A stretch of 63,999 nt of DNA, counting the filler, from Planctomycetota bacterium (GTDB lineage: Bacteria > Planctomycetota > Planctomycetia > JALXBF01): NCBI GenBank assembly GCA_026991575.1. It is 7 parts of 7 records of this genome, joined end to end, with 100 filler letters (N's around TTAATTAATTAA, not from the genome) between each part and the next. Parts side by side here need not be neighbours in the genome. Positions count along the whole stretch, not along the records: positions 23,403 to 46,450 come from JALXBF010000051.1; positions 46,551 to 48,254 come from JALXBF010000079.1; positions 48,355 to 54,403 come from JALXBF010000080.1; 4 more parts are not named here. One strand, written 5' to 3'. This document shows, one piece after another, positions 42,145-52,053 of this stretch (positions within the stretch are counted from its first letter, which is position 1; every line of letters begins with the position of its first letter). The position numbers were made by a program, and so were the translations under genes. The notes under the pieces were generated by a model. It was not told the origin of the DNA and searched no databases. It saw only the letters and a program-made list of their open reading frames with translations.

Positions 42145-43620
42145 TTACGTGAACTCGACCGCGACCAGCGTCAGGTCGTCGGTTAGCGGCTGTGAGCCTC
42201 GGTGGCGGGTGATCGCGCCAGCGATGCGGTGGAGTGCCACGGCCAGCGGTTCGTCCTTTGTCTCGCGCAGGAGCTGCCCGAGGCGGTTACGACCGAACAT
42301 CTCGCCCGCGGCGTTCTGCGCCTCTGGTGCCCCGTCGGTCGCCAGCAGCAGCCGATCGCCGCGTGCAATGGGCACTTCTTGCGTCCTGTAGTGAGCATCC
42401 TCCCACGCACCGAGCAGGATGCCTGTCGACGGCAGCAAACGCACTTCGCCGCGCGTAAGCAATTGCGGCGGTTCGTGTCCCGCGCTCGCATACTCAAGGC
42501 GGTAGTCCGCCGGGCTCCAGCGTGCCAGCGCCATGGTGGCGAGGTGGTCAGGAAGGCCGAGGGCGCAGAGCTGTCGGTTGACGAAAGCGAGAATTTCGGC
42601 CGGGTCCTGATCGTGTTCGACGGCGTGAGTCACGAGGGCCTTGAGCATGGCGGCCACCATGGCCGCGGGCACTCCGTGACCGGTGACGTCAGCAACGCAG
42701 AACAGCCACCGGTCCTGTTGCAGCGGCAGCACGTCGTAGAAATCGCCGCCCACCTCTTCGGCGGGTCGGAACAGGGTGGCCACATCCAGTCCGGGTACCT
42801 GTACTTGGTGGGGCAACAAGTGCTGCTGAATGCTGCGGGCGCGTTCCATTTCGCGCTGCCGCGCGGCTTCGGCCCGTGCCAGCGCGCGGCTCATGTCGTT
42901 GATCACCTGGCCCAAGTACTCGTACTCGGCGCAGCCGAAGTGTTTCGTCTGCACCCCCAGATTGCCCTCCCCGATGCTGCGGATCGTCGCGGCAAGCTCT
43001 TGTGTTGGGCGAACGATCACCCGCACAAGTACGGCATCCAGCATGATGGCGGCAAGCAACCCCAGGGCCAGGATGCCCGCCAGCCTCGTCCAGTACTCGG
43101 CATGTAGCTGTCGGCGGACGGTGGTGAGGTACTCCGAGATGTAGACGGTAATGTCGCCCACGGTAACATGGCCGACGACCAGTTCGTGATCGCCGAAGCG
43201 AGCGCGATGGCTCGGATCGGCCGCGGCCTGCTGCATGGCTCGTACCATCTCGGGCGACGCCCGGTGGTGAACGACGGCCTGTAGCATTTTGTCGCCGATC
43301 CGCAGCGCGATGTGGTGGCCGGGTGACTGAGCGTCCCGCATGCGGCCGCAGACATCGTCCACGTAAGCCTGCACTGCGTCCAGCCCCTGGAACCTGAGCC
43401 GCTGCACGGCCAAGGCAAGGGTCACCGCCTCCTCGCGCAGCGACATGTGCTTGTCCTCGATCCGTTCGGCCAGCTCGGACCGGTAATCGACAGCGAGGAA
43501 CACCAGGATAGCCGCACCGAGAACGGCGTTAACCGGCACGAGCAGGTGGAACCGTACGCTGCGAGCCGACGACCGCTGCGACTGGCGGGGGGTTTGCTTC
43601 TCTTCGACGGCTGGCTCCAT
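42145..43620 (-). CDS. Membrane HAMP + PP2C/SpoIIE (RsbU-like) phosphatase
   Basis: Two TMs, HAMP, ARSIQQHLLP, VGGDFYD, ADVTGHG, SAGH, TDG and DDLT; start uncertain. Confidence 0.92.
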   Translation of the reverse strand: MEPAVEEKQTPRQSQRSSARSVRFHLLVPVNAVLGAAILVFLAVDYRSELAERIEDKHMSLREEAVTLALAVQRLRFQGLDAVQAYVDDVCGRMRDAQSPGHHIALRIGDKMLQAVVHHRASPEMVRAMQQAAADPSHRARFGDHELVVGHVTVGDITVYISEYLTTVRRQLHAEYWTRLAGILALGLLAAIMLDAVLVRVIVRPTQELAATIRSIGEGNLGVQTKHFGCAEYEYLGQVINDMSRALARAEAARQREMERARSIQQHLLPHQVQVPGLDVATLFRPAEEVGGDFYDVLPLQQDRWLFCVADVTGHGVPAAMVAAMLKALVTHAVEHDQDPAEILAFVNRQLCALGLPDHLATMALARWSPADYRLEYASAGHEPPQLLTRGEVRLLPSTGILLGAWEDAHYRTQEVPIARGDRLLLATDGAPEAQNAAGEMFGRNRLGQLLRETKDEPLAVALHRIAGAITRHRGSQPLTDDLTLVAVEFT

Positions 43621-44312
43621 GGATTCCATCGCGCGTGGTGGGTGCGGCCGAGGTCCAGAACCAAGTGGGCACGGGGGCACAGCTCAAGGATAGCGAGATC
43701 GTCACCGAGGCTGCCGGCAAGTCCGGCCGCCAGTACGAGGATCCGAGCGTCCCTCCTGGCCGCGTCCGACCGGCAGCAAGGCCCAACTAGGCCGCAGGTC
43801 CGCTCCCTGTGCACGCTCCATCGGCGCCGGCAGCCGGAGCGCCGTGCCACCGTCAGCCTGCAAGCGACCCTGGCGACCGGTCGGGCATTTCTCCGTCATA
43901 TACGAATCTCGGAGCCCTGCCCGGTGGCACCACGCTAGCGGCGACAGCGTGCGTGCCTATGTTCGAGCCAGGCACGCACCGCACCAGCAGCTGAGCCGTT
44001 TCCACGGTGGCGCAGCCGTCGTGAAATGTGTCCAACGGTGCCGTTCGGCAGCTGGGTGGTACGGTGCAAGCTGCTGGAGTCCCGGTCGGTGGTCGTCGCG
44101 CCGGCTCGGCTCGTGGTGGCTGCTGAAGATGGTCGCGCCGCTGTGCATGGCGTTGTCCTGCTCCTCGAAACTCTGCTCCTCCCGCGCCGGCCGCTCAAGG
44201 GCAATTGGCCCCACGTAGTACCTGCCCGGCCGGGGTGATCGAGTGTACGGAGTTGTTGCGTGCTTGCAGCAGTTGGCTGTCTGGCGTCACGGTGCGGGGG
44301 ATGCTGAGGGAG

Positions 44313-46450
44313 CTAAGGGTACATGTCTATCAGGTGGGCATGTTGGGAGTCCTGGGGCCAGACAATGGCGCGGCCGGTAGTCAGTTGCTCGATCAACCGC
44401 TCGGTCTTCTTCTCGCCGGGCAGACGCACGTAGGGGGCCACTCGCTTTGACTCCGGGTGGTTCAACCGAAACACAATCTTCGTCCCGGCGTTCTCAAGCA
44501 CGGCCTGGTGGAAATCCTGCAGGTTTTGACTGGACACAATCACGGCGACCCCGAATTTACGCAACTCCTTCATGATCTTCGGCAGCGTCTTGTCTCTGGC
44601 CAGTCGGTGCGCTTCGTCCAGCACCAGGGCCAGGCGAATTCGGTTTGCAGCCCCCCACAACAGGCACTCACGGTAGACGCGCCGCAGAACAAAAGCGGAC
44701 GCCGCGTTCTGCAGCTCCTCCTGCTTCAGGTCCGACAGGTCCAGCACCGTCGTCCGCTGCAACAGACGGGCAAACTCGCCCGCACGGCGCGCCTCGTCCG
44801 AAAACAGGCCGTACTCAAAGATCTGCTTGCAGCGGTAGATCAGCTTCTTCTGGCCCTCCTGCTCGGCCCGCTCTCGAACCAGCTCCCACGCCCGGCTGAG
44901 CGTCGGGATGCGGCGAAGCCGACCACCTTCGAGCTGCTCCTTGTACGCCTCCTCTAACGCTTCCTGAAGCACAAAGGCCTGGATCTCTCCTAGCTTGCAG
45001 ACGTAGGCCAGGATCTCGCGCACCGCCATGCACTCACTCCGCCATGCCCGATCGTCAGCCGGACCCACCAGCTCCAGGGGCGAGAACGGTAGCGGATCCG
45101 GGCGCAGGATCTCCAGCTCCAGGTCCTCCGTGAGCCGGTTGGTGGCGCCGCAGAAGTCACCGTGGTAATCGAAGACAAAGCAAGCAACACCCGACCGGGT
45201 TAGCTCGCGAATCATGCGAGCAACCGTCGTCGACTTCCCTTGCCCTGAGATGCCCAGGATCAACACGTGCGGGCTGCCGACAACGCTGGGTCTCCAGCAC
45301 ACCTCCTCATCGGACCCCACCACTCTGCCCAGCACGATCCGAGGTGGGCTTGATGAGGCACCGGCCGGGGAACGTGTCCCGCTCTGGAGCCGCTGCGGTT
45401 GTGCCCGGTCCGTTGCGTCCTCCAGGTCGGTTCTGGTCGGACTGCTGGCTTGCTGCGCAGGCTGGTGCGTTGCCGGTTTACGCGGCGTGGCCACGCTGGT
45501 CTCGGAGGGCTCGACCGGTTTGGTGGTCCTTTCCTCGGGTGCGGTTCCGGGAGCCGTGGGAGTTTCTTCCGCATCGGGGTGTTCTTCGCAACCCGCGGGC
45601 TGAGGGGGACCGACGGGTTTCGGTGGTCCGCCGGGACTCGGCTCAGCATCCCTCGTGGCCAGAACCACCGTCGTTCCCGTAGGCACAACGCTCAGCCCCG
45701 CCTCATCGAAGTCGCGTGCCGTCAGGTACTGCACGGTCACGTCACCGCGATGGATCGGTCTGGTGGGCAGAGCGGACAACGCCACCACGAATCCCCGCTT
45801 TTGGGCCACCAGAGTGGTGATGCCCCGTTCGAGACGGGTCAGGCCGGTCAGCAACGCGTGATATTGGTTTTCCGTTGCGATAAGACCGTGGCGATAGGCC
45901 TGAGCGGCGTAGTGCCGCAGCACACCGACCAGCCACGCGCGCTGCAGCCAGTGGTCGATCCGCTCCTGGCCGTCGCCGTCCTCGTTGCGATCCGAGGAAC
46001 CGCTAAAGAAGAGGTCACGCACGGCTTGCTCGCTGCGATCAAGCTCCTGGGCGATCCGTTCCACAATTTGCATTGCCGGCTCGTCGGTGCGCGACTTAAC
46101 CTCATAGAACGTTGCCGTCACGCCGCGCTGGGACAAGCGGATGCGGACGAAGTCGCAGTAGCCCCCTCGTGTACCCCTTTGCCGGCCGAGCACTTCTTCG
46201 TGGTACGCCAGCGGAACGAGGATCGAATCACGCAGCTCGCCCCGCCGTTCCAGGTACGCCAACGCAGCGGCCAGCGCCACGGTCTCACGCGCGGCCGTCC
46301 GGCCCTCCAGTGCGCGCAGGGCGAGTCGGCCGGAGAGAAGCCGCAGCGCGCGGAGCAGCACGGGCACCGAATCAGTGGGCTCGAAGCCGAGTTCGCGGCA
46401 TGCCCAGCTCAGGATGCGCTCGACCTCCTCGCGGTGAGACGTCGTCACTA
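44313..46450 (-). CDS. Large HerA/FtsK-superfamily ATPase with a PD-(D/E)xK-like segment (5'-partial)
   Basis: Walker A GISGQGKS, FDYHGDF, Walker B LVLDEAH, KELRKFG, SSQ; upstream CD...YEVK; open at the contig end. Confidence 0.82.
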
Positions 46451-46550
46451 NNNNNNNNNNNNNNNNNNNNNNNNNNNNNNNNNNNNNNNNNNNNTTAATT
46501 AATTAANNNNNNNNNNNNNNNNNNNNNNNNNNNNNNNNNNNNNNNNNNNN
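46451..46550. other. Artificial contig linker
   Basis: N run with TTAATTAATTAA. Confidence 0.99.
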
Positions 46551-46903
46551 ACAATGCGTGCACCCGGAAGCTACGCCGGAAACTCGGCGATCCTCCAGCG
46601 AATCTGGAAGATCCAGAGGCGCATCACATTGTGGTGGTGGGAAAATTCAGTCGATATCCCGAGGAAGCGCGGAAGGCTGCGCAGGAAGCCAGGGACATTC
46701 TTGCGAGGTTTGGCATCGATCTTAACGATGCGGCCAATGGAGTCTGGCTTGGGAGAGAATATCACCGGAAATTGCACACAGCTGGTTATTTACTGGAAAT
46801 CCGTAGGCGCCTGCGAGAAGCCAGCAAGAAGGGACGGCGGGGCGTGCTCGCGGAGTTGAGAAAGATCAAGAACGAACTTGCTAACGAGGCCTTCGTCTTT
46901 TGA
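46551..46903 (+). CDS. C-terminus of a polymorphic toxin: AHH (HNH/EndoVII-fold) nuclease (5'-partial)
   Basis: The frame from 46553 reads NACTRKLRRKLGDPPANLEDPEAHHIV...GIDLNDAANGVWL...HRKLHTAGY, the AHH signature. Confidence 0.88.
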
Positions 46904-46931
46904 GGCACTAGAGCCAAGAAGAACCAGAATA

Positions 46932-48254
46932 ATGCTACGCGTATACAAGTACAAGCTTGAACACCGCAAGGGACGGCCGGCATACCGAAGCGTCTGGTTT
47001 TTGAATGGGCATGAACCTCCAAGAGAGTTGGTCGATCAGGTCGAGCTGCGCCTCGACAAGGTCCAGCCGTTGGCAGACATCTGGGTTCCGTGGGAGGTCC
47101 GCTATGAGGGGCCAGTCGACCTCCCCAAGGGACACTTCTTCTCGATTACTCCGTTGAGTTACTACGGCATTGCCATGGACGAGGCGGCACGGCGTGTGCT
47201 GGAACCGCTACTGGGACCGTATGGGGAGTTCTTACCGTTTAGGAGCCGCGACGGCAGGTTCTACCTGTTCAACTGCCTGCATACGCTCGATCCGACGAAC
47301 CGAGAGGCTGTGAAGGTCGAGCAGTTTGATATTGCGGACGCGTACGACGTGTACGAGTGGAAAGACTGGAGGCTTTCGTTGGAGGAGAGACGGGCAAAGT
47401 GGATCGATCCGTCGAGGCTGCCCGAGGATTTCGTGGTGTTCCGGCTTCCTGGTTACGACAAACTGTGGCCATTGCCAAACGTGTACGTTTCGGACGCGGT
47501 GGTGGAGGCGGCGCGGTCGGCGGGCCTGAAGGGGGCGCAGTTTGAGCTGCTGTGGCCACCGGAGGAGGAGCACCGGATCGTCTACAGCTACGAGCAGCCG
47601 AAGACGGAACCGCGGCGTGAGCGTGGCTGGCGGCAGCGGATACGGCGCAAGGTGGTGGAGGTGGGCTGGGATGCGGTGATCCTGGAGGCGGAAGCAGTTC
47701 GGCAGGGCAGCCCGACGCTGGCGTACACGGAGCATCAGGACATGATGTGGCGGGCGTTGTACGAGCACCACCTAAGTCTGTGGGAAGTGTCGCCGTGGAG
47801 TCGGCTCAGCTGGCAGCTGCACGGGTTCTATCAGGACCTGCAGTGCGGGGGTTTTTCACAGGCGGTGTTCAATTTGTGGCGAGAGGGGATAGCGTCCGCG
47901 GTGGAACGGGCACTGGAGGAGATAGGCGCGCGGGGCCATCTGGAAGCATTTCGTGCTGGGGTGGCAGTGGTGGAGGGACTGGGCGAGGATCGGTTGCGGG
48001 AGTTTCTGGAGGGGGAGTATTTTGGCGATGAGTGGAAGGAGGTGCGGGACGAGCTGAATCGGGTGAATGAGCTGTTTGATCGGGAGGATGATGTGGAGCC
48101 GTTGGAGCAGATCCATGCCCGGTGGTTGTTTGAGCATCCTCGCCGTGTGGTGTTGGAGGACTGGGAGATAGAGGGTTGGTTGGAGGATCGGGCGCGATCG
48201 CTTGTGGGTCGTCGTCGCTATGTGCGTGAGGCGGAGCAGCAGGGGCAGGAGCCG
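46932..48254 (+). CDS. Immunity protein: Imm11/DUF1629-like domain fused to a DMP19/DUF4375-like domain (3'-partial)
   Basis: Directly after the AHH toxin; N-half GEFLP...FYLFNCL...VFRL...VYVSD...GLKGAQF; C-half QDLQCGGFSQAVFN...ALEEIGA. Confidence 0.72.
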
Positions 48255-48354
48255 NNNNNNNNNNNNNNNNNNNNNNNNNNNNNNNNNNNNNNNNNNNNTT
48301 AATTAATTAANNNNNNNNNNNNNNNNNNNNNNNNNNNNNNNNNNNNNNNNNNNN
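48255..48354. other. Artificial contig linker
   Basis: N run with TTAATTAATTAA. Confidence 0.99.
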
Positions 48355-48369
48355 GGGAATCGGACCACC

Positions 48370-48404
48370 CGGGCCGCGGGCGGGATCGACCCGCCCGCGG
48401 CCCG
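48370..48404. repeat. Perfect 15-bp inverted repeat (hairpin)
   Basis: CGGGCCGCGGGCGGG-ATCGA-CCCGCCCGCGGCCCG. Confidence 0.9.
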
Positions 48405-48450
48405 AAAGGGAAAAAAGTTCTTTGGAGATCTGCCCGCGCTATCCATCAAC

Positions 48451-48706
48451 GTTGCGGGCGGGGGGGCATGAAGCCCCCCGCCCGCCCATTGAAGCAAGCT
48501 GCTGGGTCAATTCGCCCATCCCCCTCGGCAGGGGTGATGCACCCCATGCCCCCTCGCGAGAACGTAGGATACCTTCGGCTAACAGGGTTCAGGCCAAACC
48601 GTGGTGACGACTTCCACCTCGCTGATCCAACGCGCTCCAGCGCGCACCGGGCGGGGGGCGTAAAGCTCCCCGCCCGCCGGTTGAAGCAGGCTGCTGGGTT
48701 GATTCG
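48451..48706 (+). repeat. Two ~60-bp hairpin-containing direct repeats (48455-48514 and 48648-48706)
   Basis: CGGGCG6-7C.T.AAGC.CCCCGCCCGCC..TTGAAGCA.GCTGCTGGGT..ATTCG present in both copies; about 8 substitutions and 1 indel by hand alignment. Confidence 0.85.
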
Positions 48707-49284
48707 GCAATTGCGGACGCAGCATCCGGGCCGTTCGTCGTCGAGCGCCGTGGTGTGTAGGGGCGATCGTCTGCCGGTCGCCACACGCGCAGATTCTGCC
48801 CCTCGCCGCAACCATGTGAACCGCGACCATCCCGCACCCGTTGCTGCTACATCCAGCGGCTTGCGTCGCGCCTGGCTGCGCCCGCCAAACGGCCCGGGCG
48901 CCGGTTCGGTCCGCCTGCGTTGGAGAGCCGTTCAACCCGCCAGCTACCGTGAGCTCGCGCGAGGGGGGGCATTACGCCGCGCTCCTGCTCCGTTCATGGC
49001 TGGTGGGGGCGATGAGAGTCTTGATTTTTGCGCCCGTCCTTGAACCCCCCTCGACGCAGCGGTCATCGACCGCGGCACGGCGGGCGCGAATCTCTCTTCG
49101 ACGCGCGGAGCGATCCGATGAAGTTGGCGGCGGGGTTCCGTGAGACCCCCTTCGCGCGAGCTGAGGGCAAGCAGCGGCTGGATGAGCCTGCGGGAGAGGT
49201 AAGAACACGGGGGAGGAGTGGCCGGAAGGGGATGCTTTTCCGAGGTCGCAGTTTGTGCAGGCTTCGTTGCGAGGAAATCTCGCG

Positions 49285-49474
49285 TGCCACCATGCGGGAC
49301 TCGATGCTGAAGCACGCACGGCGGTGGATCAGAGAACTGCTTCAGCAGGGGGCGCGGCTGAAGTGTCCGAAGACAGCGGCGACGTACCGCCTCCTGCGGC
49401 ACGAGCCGTCGTTGTGGGTGTTCTTGTACCACAACGGCGTTGAGCCGACCAACAACGCGGCGGAGCGGGCACTG
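49285..49474 (+). pseudogene. IS66-family transposase fragment
   Basis: LLRHEPSLWVFLYHNGVEPTNNAAERAL matches the IS66 TnpC PTNN.AER.L motif; the rest of the transposase is absent. Confidence 0.82.
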
Positions 49475-49782
49475 GGTGCGCGGGTAACTGTGGAGGATGA
49501 TCAACTGTCGTAACGACACGGAATCTGGTGCCGGCTGCACAGGAGGGCGGTCAGCGTTACGGAGAGGTGCCGAGAGAGTGGGCGCTGTATCCAAGCCTTA
49601 TCGCGGACACACTTGCTGCCTATCGATGGGGAAGACAACCTGCATGCGTCTGTCGCGCACCGGCCACGTGACGCCGGCGACTTGCCCTCTACGCATTCAC
49701 ACGGATGGGGCGCTGCCCGAGCCGATCAACCTTACCCCAATCATCGTCCAACGCCGCCCGCGCCCCTCAGCGGCTACACGGT

Positions 49783-52053
49783 TTACTCGCTCTGTTGAAG
49801 ACCGGCGAGCTTCACTAATTCGTCCCACGTGGTTGCGTCTGACGTTATCTCGGACACCTCTCCGGTTGCAGTATCCTCCTCCCAAAGCAGTTCCCTAGTA
49901 CCGGCAAACGAGCTGTCGCTGAACAGTGCACAGTAGTCTTCCTCGCCAACTACCAGTTCCACAGCCGGCGCTTCCAGCAGCCTTCCGATCGCCGCTCCCG
50001 TGGTGGTGGCTCTCCAGTGTACAGAACGTCGCCAGTCGACGTAGCTGCTGGAAAAGCCCGTTGTCCTTGCCACCACCTTCATCGTCTCAACGTCCACAAG
50101 ATGGCCAGTATCCAGGAGTAGGCGCTTCCCTTCGGGATCCGGGTAGGCCGCAACCTCCGTCCGACCTGGTTCTTCGAGGTCCAGCTCAGCCGTAACCCTC
50201 CATGGCTCCGGATCGATTCTAAGCACTCGGACCGCACGAGGCTCGTCGGGCCAGAAAATCACCGACTCGAGGCTGTCCTCAGCGTTTGCCGCTTTCGTTG
50301 AGTCGCGGTCACTCCGCCAGTCCGTCAGCACTGCCAGTATCGCCCGGTCTCCACGGATCCAAGCAACATCACTAAATGTCAAACGCACACTTTCGGGGCG
50401 CCACGACCATACGCAGCGTCTTTCGCGAAGGTCCCACACTCGCATCTCGCGACCACATGTCACCGCCAGTCTTCCAGACGTGTCGACTCGGACAAAGTGG
50501 ACTGGTCCCTTGCCGATTGGCAACTTGACCACAGGATCACCCGGCTCCTCGGCGGCGTAAAGAAGTAGGTATCCTTCCCACTCGCCGTCGGGATAGCCGT
50601 TTCGGAGCGCAAGGCACACGATCAGGGGAGGATCCGGGGACACGTCGAAGTCGCCCAGGTCCAGATCGTCGGGTAACCGGATCGACTGGCGGCGCCAACT
50701 CCGCGGCTGGACAACCAGCAATTCATTACGCCTCCCGTCCGTTAGGATCCGCTTTCCGTCGCGTGAGACCACCACATGCCGAAGTTTGTTGAACGGCAGC
50801 GGGATCCTCGTAAGCGGGCGGATATTGGCTGGATCGAAGAACATAAGGGACGAATCACACAGAAGGGCGCATACAGTCTCGCCTTGCCCAAGAAGGGTTC
50901 TTACCCCGCGCACCGTGCCCCCGAGCACGGCGACTGGTCCGCTGAGGTCGTGAGCGTAAAGGTGGGCGCGAGCGGGATGAGGGCAGTCGGCGCAGCAGAT
51001 CGTGATGACGCCCGTGCCGTTGAGACACCAGGCTGCTCTTTCGTTGCGCAGCTCATGATGAGCTCTTCGTGCTGTCCGGAGGTGAAATTCACCGCGTCCG
51101 ACCTCCCAGACCTCCAGCGATCTAGGACCTTTGACAAGCAGCAGCGGCTCGCTTGGGTGGAAGTCGAGACTCATCGGCCAGTCGAATTCGAAGCTGCCCA
51201 AGAGCTCCCCGTCCAGACTATACAGCGCGATGTCCTCGGACCTGCCGAGTGCGAGATATCGGGCTTTGGCGTGCACGGCAATCGCGCTCGGTCTCCCAGC
51301 CACGCGCCACTGCCTGTGCCACCCCGCAAAAGGGGCTAGCACGTGGATGTCTGCGGCTGCACTCTCCTCGTTTTCCTTTTCTTCTTGTCCAGGGATAATT
51401 GCAAGGCACAGGATTCTGGCTCTCTGGTCGCATGCTGCCGCCACAAGCGTTGCATTGTCTCGACGCAGTAGACAGACGGCCTGCTGCGACGACAGGTTCA
51501 TCCGCCAGACCTGAACCCCGTCCTCCACGAAAAGGCCGCCATTGACCCAGGCAAAAAGGTTACCGGCTCGGTCGAAACAGCCGACGACTGCTTCCATGTT
51601 GTCCTCGAGCTTGACGCTCACCCGCAGACCGTGTTCCTGGCCTGTGCTCCCGAGGTCGACGATGTCAAGCTCCTCGTAAGAGCTCCAGGCGAGCAGTGGG
51701 CCGCTATAATGGAGCGACACGGAACGCCCCGTGCCACCCCACTCGCGATCAGTGCCCGTGTCGGCGACAAGCGCGACCCGAGCATGCGCTAGGTCCGCGA
51801 TGAGCCAGCGATCCCGCTCAACGTCCAGCAGGGCGGCGTATCGTCCCGTTGCATCAATGGTCGCCGGCCGGTAGAACGGCTCGTGGCCATGCGCGTAAGT
51901 GAGACAACTCGCAGCTGGCTGCAGGAAACGTGACTCTTGCTCGTGTGTGTTAGTGGACTGCATGTCCGTGATGCCAACGTCAGAGGCCGCATTGCCAAGG
52001 TGCGGGCAGGATGCCCGCTTCGACTGGTGGCGGTGCTTTGGAGCTCGGGTCAC
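49783..52053 (-). CDS. Large WD40/beta-propeller-like protein in the RHS immunity position
   Basis: Recurrent blade-like segments (SLDFHPSEPLLLV...LEVWEV, VVVSRDGKRIL, VDTSGRLAVTCGREMRVWDL); GTGA overlap with the RHS stop. Confidence 0.7.
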   Translation of the reverse strand: MTRAPKHRHQSKRASCPHLGNAASDVGITDMQSTNTHEQESRFLQPAASCLTYAHGHEPFYRPATIDATGRYAALLDVERDRWLIADLAHARVALVADTGTDREWGGTGRSVSLHYSGPLLAWSSYEELDIVDLGSTGQEHGLRVSVKLEDNMEAVVGCFDRAGNLFAWVNGGLFVEDGVQVWRMNLSSQQAVCLLRRDNATLVAAACDQRARILCLAIIPGQEEKENEESAAADIHVLAPFAGWHRQWRVAGRPSAIAVHAKARYLALGRSEDIALYSLDGELLGSFEFDWPMSLDFHPSEPLLLVKGPRSLEVWEVGRGEFHLRTARRAHHELRNERAAWCLNGTGVITICCADCPHPARAHLYAHDLSGPVAVLGGTVRGVRTLLGQGETVCALLCDSSLMFFDPANIRPLTRIPLPFNKLRHVVVSRDGKRILTDGRRNELLVVQPRSWRRQSIRLPDDLDLGDFDVSPDPPLIVCLALRNGYPDGEWEGYLLLYAAEEPGDPVVKLPIGKGPVHFVRVDTSGRLAVTCGREMRVWDLRERRCVWSWRPESVRLTFSDVAWIRGDRAILAVLTDWRSDRDSTKAANAEDSLESVIFWPDEPRAVRVLRIDPEPWRVTAELDLEEPGRTEVAAYPDPEGKRLLLDTGHLVDVETMKVVARTTGFSSSYVDWRRSVHWRATTTGAAIGRLLEAPAVELVVGEEDYCALFSDSSFAGTRELLWEEDTATGEVSEITSDATTWDELVKLAGLQQSE

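Noticed and set aside
43621..44312. Short ORFs between the PP2C phosphatase and the ATPase
   Set aside because: No recognisable motif or consistent codon bias; left unannotated.
48451..48706. Calling the hairpin repeats a CRISPR array
   Set aside because: Only two good copies about 193 bp apart, the sequence after each is shared rather than a unique spacer, and no cas genes are visible. Kept only as a repeat finding.
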